Of a stretch of DNA of 50,747 nucleotides, positions 42,283 through 50,747 are shown one piece after another (the first letter of the stretch is position 1; each line of letters opens with the position of its first letter). The DNA is from Anaerolineae bacterium (GTDB lineage: Bacteria > Chloroflexota > Anaerolineae > Anaerolineales > UBA11858). The stretch spans positions 1 through 50,747 of the forward strand of contig JACNJM010000159.1 of the NCBI GenBank assembly GCA_014382605.1. Direction: 5' to 3'. The position numbers and the translations under genes were made by a program. The notes beneath the pieces are model-generated. The model worked only from the letters and a program-made list of their open reading frames with translations, was not told the DNA's origin and searched no databases.

Positions 42283-44361
42283 TTAGCGTGTCAGTTCAAA
42301 GCGATAGGCTGCCCGTTGGCGTGTGTGGCGGGTTGTTCCTGAAACCACAAAGATAACTTCATCCACATCGCCGCCAATTTCGACCGGAATTTCTACGGCG
42401 TTATCTGTCCCCAGTGGAATCATCTCAACCTGAGTCGTATCGCCAACCGTAATCAGCGCCAGCCGGAATGTTTGGGGAAGTTCGTTGCGAATACGCACAA
42501 ATCCGGCCGCCTCCCAACCACCAGAATCAGCCTCGAGGTCGGTTGAGTAGCCCACTTCGGGGATGGCAATCTCATCGAGCATAAAACCCTCCCCATTCAC
42601 GGCCGCATCGGTCACATATTCAAATCTTAATTGCACCTGCTGACCGGCAAACTGCGAAATATCCACTTCTTCCAAAATCCATTCACCATTCAATCCGGAA
42701 AGCCCGTTGTAGCTCCAGCCATAACTATTGCCGGAGGGGTCTTCCGCCGTGCCAGAAGGGGTTGTTAGAATTTCCCAGTGATTGCCATCCAGCGAAGCTT
42801 CCAGATATACATAATCATAATCGGCCTCGATGTCGTACCAGGTCTGATACATAAGGGTCAGCGGGCCAGTGTGATTGCTAAAATCGAAACTGCGCGTGAG
42901 GGTCATATCCGACTCATCGCCCTTGTTCGACCAGAAAGCATAATCGCCCGAGTATGGGTCGGCAGGCAACACGCCCACCACTACACTGCCTTCAAAATAC
43001 AGATTATACGTCCCGCTGCAAGCAATGCGATAATAATCCACCCCATACTGGCTGACATCGCGCGTCAACACTTCAGAGGGGCAGGTGTGTACGCTCTCTG
43101 TGACCGAGGTTGAAGGCGCGCCGGGATAATTGGCGTAAGTATAACGACCATCGGCCACCTTTTCATCTTGCAAATAGGAAGCCAGCACCCAGTCGGCAAA
43201 AAAATCGTCGGCGCTGATCGGCTCATTTGTGAGTGGATCGCGAATACCCAATTCTTCCAGTACCGCGTCAACGCTCTTCATGCCGTTGTCGGGATGCGCC
43301 ACCAATGCCTGGGTGGCTTCCTCGCCAAAGCGATTGAGGAAATAATCCACAAACAGGAAGCCTGCCCCATAGTGTGGGCCGGTAGCGCTGGAATCGTTGG
43401 GCCAGTCGTTGAGTTGCAGATCGGGGTTGCTGGTGTAGGAGTAATCAAAACCGCCAACATCATAACCATTGATAAAGGCAGCCAACTCTGAAAAACCCTC
43501 ATTCAGCCAGGATGATTCATTACGGTCGCGATACCAGTGGATCATGTGTTGAAATTCGTGCGCCAGCACACCCAGAGTAAAATCGCCCGAAAGGTTCAGG
43601 TTATCGGAGTTGAGCACAAAAGCCTCGTGTGCGTTGGAATATTCATGCGCCAGCGGATGATACTCATCTGCTGAAGAAAAATAGCCCGCCAGGCCCCAGC
43701 CCAAGCCACTGGCATAAATAATATACAAATGCGGGTCATTATCCACGCCGGGACTCCATTCGCTGCCAAAGAATTCACGATTGCGCGGGTAAATCTCTCT
43801 CTCGAAGGTTTCCACCAGCGCTGCAACTTCATCTGCTTCAAAAGTTACCCCATCTTCAATCCAGAAATAGACATGCTCGGTGACATATTGCAAAGTGACA
43901 TCAACCTGAAAACTTTCATTCGTATCCACATTGGTGAGCCACATCACATCTTGTTCGCCGACCTGATACGTTGGAGGAGCAGCCACCGTCAGGGGGACAT
44001 TTTCCTGCCCGCCAAGGCGTTCAGCCAGTTCAAGCATATCGTTGACGGGGACAACTGCTTCTTCCAGCGTTTGCAGGGTTTCGTGTTTCCAATCAGGTGC
44101 AGCGGACTCGGCCTGGGGCTGATTCTGCTCATCGGGCGTGGAATTTGCATCCGGGGTTTGGGCCGCGGGCTGCATAGTCGCCTGCAGGGTGGGGCGCAGC
44201 ACAACCGGGGTGGACGTATCCGGGCCAGTTGACCAATCCACATTCCCATCTTGCTGATATAGTCCAAATACTGCCGCACCGCCAATCACCACCAGACACA
44301 GGCAAGCGCACAACAATAGCACCAATAAAACAACAATAACAATAATCAGGGTTTTATTCAT
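42283..44361 (-). CDS. Membrane-anchored HExxH zinc metallopeptidase (gluzincin-like) with C-terminal beta-rich domain
   Basis: N-terminal TM, plus 'VLAHEFQHMIHWYRDRNESSWLNEGFSE' (HExxH followed by a downstream NEG glutamate). Confidence 0.6.
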   Translation of the reverse strand: MNKTLIIVIVVLLVLLLCACLCLVVIGGAAVFGLYQQDGNVDWSTGPDTSTPVVLRPTLQATMQPAAQTPDANSTPDEQNQPQAESAAPDWKHETLQTLEEAVVPVNDMLELAERLGGQENVPLTVAAPPTYQVGEQDVMWLTNVDTNESFQVDVTLQYVTEHVYFWIEDGVTFEADEVAALVETFEREIYPRNREFFGSEWSPGVDNDPHLYIIYASGLGWGLAGYFSSADEYHPLAHEYSNAHEAFVLNSDNLNLSGDFTLGVLAHEFQHMIHWYRDRNESSWLNEGFSELAAFINGYDVGGFDYSYTSNPDLQLNDWPNDSSATGPHYGAGFLFVDYFLNRFGEEATQALVAHPDNGMKSVDAVLEELGIRDPLTNEPISADDFFADWVLASYLQDEKVADGRYTYANYPGAPSTSVTESVHTCPSEVLTRDVSQYGVDYYRIACSGTYNLYFEGSVVVGVLPADPYSGDYAFWSNKGDESDMTLTRSFDFSNHTGPLTLMYQTWYDIEADYDYVYLEASLDGNHWEILTTPSGTAEDPSGNSYGWSYNGLSGLNGEWILEEVDISQFAGQQVQLRFEYVTDAAVNGEGFMLDEIAIPEVGYSTDLEADSGGWEAAGFVRIRNELPQTFRLALITVGDTTQVEMIPLGTDNAVEIPVEIGGDVDEVIFVVSGTTRHTRQRAAYRFELTR

Positions 44362-44422
44362 TTCATCACACTCTTTTTCGAGATTTTTTCCGCTCTCGGT
44401 GGCTGAATTTAATTAACATCTG

Positions 44423-46063
44423 TTATTCTTCCCGCAGTAACGCCAACGCATACTCATTCTGATAAATAATTCTGTAACCGGGCAATTCATCGGCATAGGC
44501 ATCACCATAGAATCTTTGCCAGGCGCGCATCTGATCGGGATCAACTGCGGTTTCAATCGCATCAGGTTGGGTGAACTCTAACACATAATTCATTTCCAGC
44601 AACAAAATATCGGGTTGTTTCTCATGGATATAGTCATAAGTTGCCAGCTTCCATTTCATCAGCACATCGTAGTTGGGTTTGGGCGGCACGTAGGCGGTCA
44701 GATCACGGTAGATCGCCAAAGGCTCATCGGCAAGCCCCATCTCGGTTAACCGCGCTTCCACTTCGTGGTAGAAAGCAATACTCTCAGACCGCTCTTCACG
44801 GTAAAGAATATCCGTATAAATTTTGGCATCCTGTTGGAGATACAACCCATATTGGATCACTAATAAAAATAAGAGGATAAATACAAAATCGCGAAGACAC
44901 GAAGAACGTAAAGATTTTTTATTTTGTTTTTCTTCGCGTGCTTCGCGCCTTCGCGATGAAATTCTTTCAGGGAAGAGATGCACCAGCCCCGAAGCAAGCG
45001 GGATTGCCATCGGCAAGAAGTATAGCGGGCGCACGGTTGAGCCGCCCACCGCCAAGAAGTAGGGTAGCGAAAAGGCCAGAATCATCACGTTTGTGAAGCG
45101 GAAGCGCGGTGTGCGCATCCCCTGGATCAGCCCGGCCAGCATCAGCAGCAGCGTAAACCACTGCCCGTAATACGGCCAGATGATGCGTTGTATTTTTTCC
45201 TTTGTGAGATTCCAGTCAGCGTATTGCGTGTAATATCCGGCGCGCGTCTGAAAAATAAGTTGCTGCTGCCGGGCTAGAATTTCTGCCCGGGTTTGAGGAA
45301 TAAGCAGCAACGGATTCGAGATCACCAACCCCAACGCCATCACCGCCACAAAGGAGAAGGCCACCCACAGAGCGCGGCGAAGTTCCAGTTTTTGATCTTT
45401 CAACCCCCAAAGAATATATAGCGGAACCGCCAGTGCAAAAAATGCCCCGGCAAATTTAACGCTCACACCTGCGCCGCACAGAGCCGCAGCAATATAAAAA
45501 TTCCGCCCGAAGCGGAACTCGTCTTTTTGCAGCATATAGAAGATGAGTGTGATCAGCAAAATCGACAGGCTATCGGGATGCCACCAGAGATTATTCAACA
45601 CCGTCGCGGGCAACGCCAACAGAAACGCAAACAGCCCCAGAATTTTCGCAGTGGATTTGCGTTCTGTTTGCAAATCTACCATCAGGGCCACGGAGAAAAT
45701 CACCGGCAGCACGCTGACCAACTGGCGCAACAGCAGCATAATGGTAGCTGAATCTTGCCCCCAGGCTGCCCCTACGAAAAGGCGATAGGGCAGCAGCATG
45801 ATCGCCGAGAACAGATAGAAAGGGTAGCCGTAATCGTAATGTAAATACACCACAAAACGGCGAATCGTCTCAAAAATTGTATCGCCCGGCGTGAGCATCC
45901 GCAAAACATGCTGGTATTGGGCAAACTCATCCTTCTCGAAAATGGAAAGCATATTCCAATCCTGAGCGCCGGTAAAATTGGGGAAGATCATCAGCGAGAA
46001 ATAAATCAGGCCGATGACGAGCATCCCCCAGATGGCAGAACGTGAGAATGTATTTGATTTCAT
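44423..46063 (-). CDS. GT-C fold membrane glycosyltransferase with C-terminal soluble domain; carries an in-frame palindromic-repeat insertion
   Basis: Multi-TM N-terminal 365 aa with the loop 'EKDEFAQY'. Then a repeat-encoded basic loop, one TM, and a soluble domain of about 150 aa. Confidence 0.6.
   Translation of the reverse strand: MKSNTFSRSAIWGMLVIGLIYFSLMIFPNFTGAQDWNMLSIFEKDEFAQYQHVLRMLTPGDTIFETIRRFVVYLHYDYGYPFYLFSAIMLLPYRLFVGAAWGQDSATIMLLLRQLVSVLPVIFSVALMVDLQTERKSTAKILGLFAFLLALPATVLNNLWWHPDSLSILLITLIFYMLQKDEFRFGRNFYIAAALCGAGVSVKFAGAFFALAVPLYILWGLKDQKLELRRALWVAFSFVAVMALGLVISNPLLLIPQTRAEILARQQQLIFQTRAGYYTQYADWNLTKEKIQRIIWPYYGQWFTLLLMLAGLIQGMRTPRFRFTNVMILAFSLPYFLAVGGSTVRPLYFLPMAIPLASGLVHLFPERISSRRREAREEKQNKKSLRSSCLRDFVFILLFLLVIQYGLYLQQDAKIYTDILYREERSESIAFYHEVEARLTEMGLADEPLAIYRDLTAYVPPKPNYDVLMKWKLATYDYIHEKQPDILLLEMNYVLEFTQPDAIETAVDPDQMRAWQRFYGDAYADELPGYRIIYQNEYALALLREE
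44886..44965. repeat. Family R full copy located in-frame inside the GT-C ORF
   Basis: AAATCGCGAAGACACGAAGAACGTAAAG-loop-TCTTCGCGTGCTTCGCGCCTTCGCGATGAAATTC. Confidence 0.7.
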
Positions 46064-46094
46064 AGCAGCGTTTTCAACTACAACCCATAATGCG

Positions 46095-46167
46095 CCACTG
46101 AGAACGCCGAATTCGCGGAGAAAAACTAAGAAAACTTTGCATTCTCCGCGTACTCTGCGGTTTCAGG
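46095..46167. repeat. Family R variant; the right arm forms the last codons and stop of the O-antigen-ligase-like ORF
   Basis: ...CGCGGAGAA-loop-TTCTCCGCG... (9-bp perfect inner stem), ending GCGGTTTCAGG. Confidence 0.45.
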
Positions 46168-47604
46168 ATTCAGCCCAGTTCCAGGGGCGTATACCTGCAC
46201 GCTGGCGGTAATCAGACCGAAAACAACCCACATATTGGGGATAGCAAACGAATCGACTGAAAATCCCACGCCCAGAAAAACGACCAGCGAGAGCAGCCCG
46301 GCCAAGCCCCAGTAACGCGGCTCACGCTCTGGCGATAGCAAAAGATATAGCGTCGCACCCAGCACCGCCACCACAAAAGCCACAAACGCTGCCGAGCCAA
46401 TCAGGCCGGTCTCGGCGAGAATGCGGGCGAACATATTCTTGGGCACCACCAAACGATTACGTCCTTCGGCAGGAGTAAATTTATATACCAATTCCGGGGT
46501 GGGATAAAGCGGGCGATCCGTAAGCGTCTCTTCAAAGTAAAACGTGTAATTACCCAGGCCAATCCCCGTCCAAGGATAATCTTCATAGATGCGGTAAGCG
46601 GTCTCCCAATAGGCTATGCGCTGGCTAACCGCAATATATTGCACATACGAGCCAGTGGCGTTTTCATCGGTCCAATAACTCCAAAGGCGAGAGAAATAGC
46701 GATTACGCGAGCCAAAGGCAAACACTACCGCCAGCAAGACAGCCAGCATCAACCCTACTTGCAACAAACGCCGCGTAATGCCGCGCCAGTTCAGGCTGCG
46801 ACCGGGTTTTCGTCCGCCGCGAAACAAGAAGGCCAGTACTAATTGCAATCCCCACAGCACATAACCGGTACGCGAATAGGTATACACCAGCACAAATGAA
46901 GCCCAGACCAGCAACAACAATTCCACGGTCACAAAGCGCCAACGGCGACGAAAGGCCGAATAGCCCGACATAACAGCGGCAAACAGCCAGGGCATCAGTA
47001 AAAAAGTGATCTGCTCGGCGAACCAGTTGGGTTCATAGGTCATACCAGAGATGCGCGTCTCGAACAGGCCGCGCACCGAGAAGAAGCCCTGCAAATATTC
47101 GATCAGGTCAAAATATTCGGGCGTGTAAAACAGAATATAGCCAATTTGCACACAGCCCCACAGCAAGGCGATGCCAAATCCGGCGTACAACCAGCGCAGG
47201 GCAAAACGCAGTTCTTCAACGGTGCGCGGGATGACGGCCACGGTGATATAAAAAGCTGCGCCCAATAACAGCGTAGCAGTCATACGCACGGCCCGCGAGG
47301 ACACACTGATGCCGATATCCGGATCAATGCCGCGGGTACAGGCCAGGGCAGTACTCGCCAGCGCAACCAGCACAAAAGCCCCCAGCGGCAAAGCCGTGCG
47401 CGGCGTGGAATGCGTGAACAACCGTGGCAGAGTGTAAATCAATAGAAGGACAATTAATGGATAAATAGATAGTGGTCGCACTTCGGTGCGACCACCGACG
47501 CCACCCGGAAAGTAGGGGAAGCTGGTGACCGGTAAAGTGAGTAGAAACAGCGCCCAAAAGATTTTCTGCACTCGTTCCACTCGCTGAATCCAAACCCGTG
47601 GCAC
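46126..47604 (-). CDS. O-antigen ligase/polymerase family (Wzy_C domain) membrane protein
   Basis: About 12 TM segments, with 'YTYSRTGYVLWG' in the Wzy_C-type region. The GTG start overlaps the upstream stop (TAGTG). Confidence 0.7.
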   Translation of the reverse strand: MPRVWIQRVERVQKIFWALFLLTLPVTSFPYFPGGVGGRTEVRPLSIYPLIVLLLIYTLPRLFTHSTPRTALPLGAFVLVALASTALACTRGIDPDIGISVSSRAVRMTATLLLGAAFYITVAVIPRTVEELRFALRWLYAGFGIALLWGCVQIGYILFYTPEYFDLIEYLQGFFSVRGLFETRISGMTYEPNWFAEQITFLLMPWLFAAVMSGYSAFRRRWRFVTVELLLLVWASFVLVYTYSRTGYVLWGLQLVLAFLFRGGRKPGRSLNWRGITRRLLQVGLMLAVLLAVVFAFGSRNRYFSRLWSYWTDENATGSYVQYIAVSQRIAYWETAYRIYEDYPWTGIGLGNYTFYFEETLTDRPLYPTPELVYKFTPAEGRNRLVVPKNMFARILAETGLIGSAAFVAFVVAVLGATLYLLLSPEREPRYWGLAGLLSLVVFLGVGFSVDSFAIPNMWVVFGLITASVQVYAPGTGLNPETAEYAENAKFS

Positions 47605-48653
47605 TAGACTCGCTCCCGGGGAGTGCTGCGCGCCAACGCGAAGAGCAGCCAGAGCAATAAAGCGATAAACCCACCCACCAGCATCAACAGCCCCGCCGGG
47701 CGCACATCTTCCACGGTGGGAGCAATCTCCTCGGGTAAGCCCAAACTCAGATTCGCCGAGAGCGCAAGACTCAGTTCTGCCTGGCGGGCATACGCATCGG
47801 CCAGTTCATCGTATTGCGTTTCAAGCATCTCGCTACGGGCAGGGAGATCGGCCAGTTCGGCCTGAATCACAGCGCGAAAATCATCGAGCCAGGCCAGAAC
47901 TTCGACAGAATCCGCCCCGGGGGCAGGAATCGCTTCGAGGAGCAACGACCAACCCGCCCCCCAGTCGGCGGCGCGGGCTACTTGGGCCAGAATCAGACCG
48001 CGGGCGTAGGCATCCACCTGATCGACGGCTTCCACATCCTGACGCAATTCCGAAAGATTCAAATCAATTTGCGCTAACAACTCCTGGCGAATTTGCATCT
48101 CAGCCAGTTCGGCAGCGAGCGGAACCATGCGAGTATCGAGCGCAACAACCTGGCGGGCATGGCTGATGGCTTCGTTGACACGAACATCAATCACGACCGC
48201 CCAGGCGCGCACAAGCTGTACGGCGTGTTCCGGGCTGGCAGCTTCGGCAGCAAGATGCCAGCGTCCGGCGTTGCGCCACGAACCGCGCAACATGGGGTAG
48301 AGGTCGGCGGGGGTGAAATCAAGCCAATACAAATCTTCCGCCTGCAACGCGGCGAGCGTGTCGATGAGAAATTCATCACCGCGCACCATCTCGTTGAGTT
48401 GGGCCATATTCCAGTTTTTGTAATCATCCAGACTGCGGAACTCATCTTGCGCCACACCCACAATATAGCGATCGCGCGGGCCGCGATAGGCATCAATGCC
48501 CACATAAAGATCAAGATTGGCGCGGTAATCGGGAGCAAGCAAATTACTCGCCCCCCAACCGAGCAGCGCCCCAACCAGAAACGCCAACGCCACAAGATAC
48601 CAACGATGGGTGATTACAAGGATATAATCCCGCAAATTCCAATCTTCCACCAT
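47604..48653 (-). CDS. Wzz-like polysaccharide co-polymerase (chain-length determinant)
   Basis: N- and C-terminal TM helices flank a long helical periplasmic-type region. SD GGAG lies upstream. Confidence 0.6.
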   Translation of the reverse strand: MVEDWNLRDYILVITHRWYLVALAFLVGALLGWGASNLLAPDYRANLDLYVGIDAYRGPRDRYIVGVAQDEFRSLDDYKNWNMAQLNEMVRGDEFLIDTLAALQAEDLYWLDFTPADLYPMLRGSWRNAGRWHLAAEAASPEHAVQLVRAWAVVIDVRVNEAISHARQVVALDTRMVPLAAELAEMQIRQELLAQIDLNLSELRQDVEAVDQVDAYARGLILAQVARAADWGAGWSLLLEAIPAPGADSVEVLAWLDDFRAVIQAELADLPARSEMLETQYDELADAYARQAELSLALSANLSLGLPEEIAPTVEDVRPAGLLMLVGGFIALLLWLLFALARSTPRERV

Positions 48654-48671
48654 ACAATCTCCAGTGATAAA

Positions 48672-48755
48672 AAATTAACGCAAGAACGCAAAGAAACAAA
48701 GGCGCAGAGATTTTTATGCTTTTCTTTGCGTCTTTGCGTCTTTGCGTTAAATTTC
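48672..48755. repeat. Family R full copy
   Basis: AAATTAACGCAAGAACGCAAAGAAACAAAGGCGCAGAG-loop-TCTTTGCGTCTTTGCGTCTTTGCGTTAAATTTC. Confidence 0.7.
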
Positions 48756-48778
48756 TTTAATCCATCATGGGGACGATT

Positions 48779-49915
48779 TTACCCGATTTTGATCGCTTCT
48801 AACACATGCTGATAAACCTGCAAAGTGGCACGGTTGATTTTTTCATGCGTAAAGCGTTCCAGCACCACTTGCCGCCCGGCTGCGCCCATTTTCATACGCC
48901 GGGCCGGGTCTAAAACTAATTCTTCAATAGCACAGGCCAGCGTATAAGGGTCATTCGGCGGCACAAGCAGGCCATTATGCCCGTGCTGCAGCACAGCGCG
49001 GCAACCGGAAATATCGCTAGCGATGATGGGACGTCCACAGGCGGCAGCTTCAATCAACGCGGTAGGCACACCTTCGCCATACATTGTCGGCAGGGCAATA
49101 AGATGCGCCTGGGCATAAATGCGCTCCATATCGTGCTGCCAGCCCCACCATTCGATAATGCCCTCGCGGTGCCAGGCGCGCAGCATATTGGGCGTCAACG
49201 AGGCTGGATTGCCAGGGTCTGGCCCGCCAACCAGCACCATACGCACCTTCAAGCGCTCTCGTAAAATACGCGCGGCTTCGACAAAAATGCCCACGCCTTT
49301 ATCCCAAAGCGTGCGCGCCGCCATCAGTACAATCACCGGGGCGGGCGGCTCCGGCGTGGGAGCGAAGCGCTGCGGGTCTGTGCCGACACCTTCAATCAGC
49401 CAGGCGCGTGATGGGGAAACAAATCTCTGCTCGGAAAAATAATCTTGGTCGGCTTGATTTTCGAAAATTACAGCAGCAGCATTTCTTTGCATTACACGTT
49501 GATAGAGAGGGCTGACCACCAACTGCAGAACGCGGGCGAGCCAATCGCCTCCTTGAAAGACATAGCCGCGGCCTGAAATCGAGTTGACCACACCGGGGAT
49601 GCCAGCCCACACCGCAGCGAGTGAGCCGTACAAAACCGCTTTGATGGTGTGATGATGCACCAGATCGGGTTGCTCGCGGCGGTAAATTCGCACCAAATCG
49701 AGCAACGAAATAAATTCCATCCAGGGAGCTACGCTGCGGCGACGCAGAATCCACGGCTGCCAGCGGAAACCTGCATCCTGAAGGCGAACTGCGAACTCCC
49801 CCGGGGGGGATACCAGCGCAACATCAAAGCCCTGTTCCCGCAGTTGGTGAATCAGCGCGTAACGGAAATTGTATAGATACCAGTCGGTGTTGGCGGCAAA
49901 GATGATTTTGGGCAT
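48779..49915 (-). CDS. Glycosyltransferase family 4
   Basis: 'YGEGVPTALIEAAACGRPIIASD'. Start is ATG 49915 (or TTG 49924). Confidence 0.85.
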   Translation of the reverse strand: MPKIIFAANTDWYLYNFRYALIHQLREQGFDVALVSPPGEFAVRLQDAGFRWQPWILRRRSVAPWMEFISLLDLVRIYRREQPDLVHHHTIKAVLYGSLAAVWAGIPGVVNSISGRGYVFQGGDWLARVLQLVVSPLYQRVMQRNAAAVIFENQADQDYFSEQRFVSPSRAWLIEGVGTDPQRFAPTPEPPAPVIVLMAARTLWDKGVGIFVEAARILRERLKVRMVLVGGPDPGNPASLTPNMLRAWHREGIIEWWGWQHDMERIYAQAHLIALPTMYGEGVPTALIEAAACGRPIIASDISGCRAVLQHGHNGLLVPPNDPYTLACAIEELVLDPARRMKMGAAGRQVVLERFTHEKINRATLQVYQHVLEAIKIG

Positions 49916-49936
49916 GGGGGGCAAGTATGCTGGTTA

Positions 49937-49960
49937 GCAAGTTGAAAGTTATTGGTTGGA
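49937..49960. repeat. Family B half copy
   Basis: GCAAGTTGAAAGTTATTGGTTGGA. Confidence 0.35.
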
Positions 49961-49962
49961 TT

Positions 49963-50747
49963 TTATCGCAATTGTTGGTAAAGTCGCAAAAGGCGGGCTG
50001 ACACTGTGCTCCAGTCGTAGTCTTGTTCGTAAGCACGGCGGGCGTTGGCAGCGAATTCGGCGTACAAAACCTTATCGAGTTGCAAACATTCCAACGCTTT
50101 AACAAGCTCCGGTCGGTGCCCGTATTCAACAACCAGGCCGCAATTTTCAGCCTGCACAATGCGGTCAATATTCGTATCTGCGGCGACGATGACCGGTTTG
50201 CCCAGCATCATGGCTTCAAAGAGTTTGTTAGGGCTGGCATAACGATGATTGGGAATCGCCGGGTCGTAGAGTGCCAGAACGACATCCGCCGCGGCGGTGA
50301 GGGCTAAAGCACGCTTATACGGGATACGCCCATGCCAGGTGACGTTGGGAAGTTCATCAGACAACGCCAATATTTGATTTTCATCGCCGCCAAACCCGGC
50401 CAGGTCGAGATGCCATTCGGGATGATCGCCAAGCACATTGAGTACATTTAGCAAACCGCGCTCGGTTTGTAAAAGTCCAACATAAACAAGATTTAGTGTT
50501 TTTTTAGCAGAAAAATCACCGCGAATAGGCGAAGAACGCCAAGTTTTTCTCTTTTGTTCTTCCTGGCGCTCTTTGCGTCTTCGCAGTTTCAAAAATTTCA
50601 TTTGAGTTTGGCTTGTTCGAGTTAGCGTATTGTAGTCGTAATCTCTCGGTGTATTCAATACCACAGCTCGATTCTGCGGCAAACGCTCCCCAACCTGCAC
50701 CCAGCGGGATTCGTCGGTAATGATGAGCGCATCTACGCGGCGAATGG
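49963..50747 (-). CDS. Glycosyltransferase family 4, 5'-partial (open to the window edge); carries an in-frame palindromic-repeat insertion in the interdomain linker
   Basis: C-terminal GT-B domain with 'SPNKLFEAMMLGKPVIVAAD'. The frame stays open upstream of the track start through 50747 ('...IRRVDALIITDESRWVQVG'). Confidence 0.8.
   Translation of the reverse strand, partial: IRRVDALIITDESRWVQVGERLPQNRAVVLNTPRDYDYNTLTRTSQTQMKFLKLRRRKERQEEQKRKTWRSSPIRGDFSAKKTLNLVYVGLLQTERGLLNVLNVLGDHPEWHLDLAGFGGDENQILALSDELPNVTWHGRIPYKRALALTAAADVVLALYDPAIPNHRYASPNKLFEAMMLGKPVIVAADTNIDRIVQAENCGLVVEYGHRPELVKALECLQLDKVLYAEFAANARRAYEQDYDWSTVSARLLRLYQQLR
50513..50599. repeat. Family R full copy located in-frame inside the partial GT4 ORF
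   Basis: AAATCACCGCGAATAGGCGAAGAACGCCAAG-loop-TTCTTCCTGGCGCTCTTTGCGTCTTCGCAGTTTCAAAAATTTC. Confidence 0.65.

Overview
Gene-dense bacterial chromosomal window with about 46 CDS. I recognised no rRNA, tRNA, CRISPR array, transposase, integrase or phage genes. All family calls come from motifs read by eye in the supplied translations; no database search was run. Housekeeping units (infC-rpmI-rplT, panB-panE-panC, tsaE-tsaB, pcrA, holA, holB, add, nth, RNA methyltransferases) are interleaved with two cell-envelope glycan loci. Locus 1 (5.2-14.9 kb) holds a GT-C enzyme, gmd, a second GT-C-like protein, a GT4, a Wzx flippase, an SDR epimerase and a UDP-sugar dehydrogenase. Locus 2 (38.5-50.7 kb) holds an LCP ligase, a TPR protein with a (PTLTTVPP)8 tail, an HExxH peptidase, a GT-C enzyme, an O-antigen-ligase/Wzy-like protein, a Wzz-like protein and two GT4s. 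Two orphan GAF histidine kinases are also present. Gene content suggests a monoderm, Chloroflexota/Anaerolineae-like organism, but this is inference only. The most unusual signal is not a gene. It is a very dense family of hairpin repeats whose arms are tandem degenerate 8-mers. There are about 16 copies or remnants of the main family plus a second AACCTTCAAC family. They sit at gene boundaries, and at least twice they lie inside coding sequence, in the same orientation and frame, contributing a basic peptide loop to envelope glycosyltransferases. Other notable points follow. Several near-consensus sigma70-type promoters are present, three of them placed so that the mRNA would be leaderless. 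infC has an ATA start codon. A stem-loop plus SD module is conserved upstream of both nucleotide-sugar genes, with a compensatory base-pair change. A small ORF has a consensus promoter and a structured leader. Coordinates of repeats and regulatory sites are hand-derived and approximate to a few nt.
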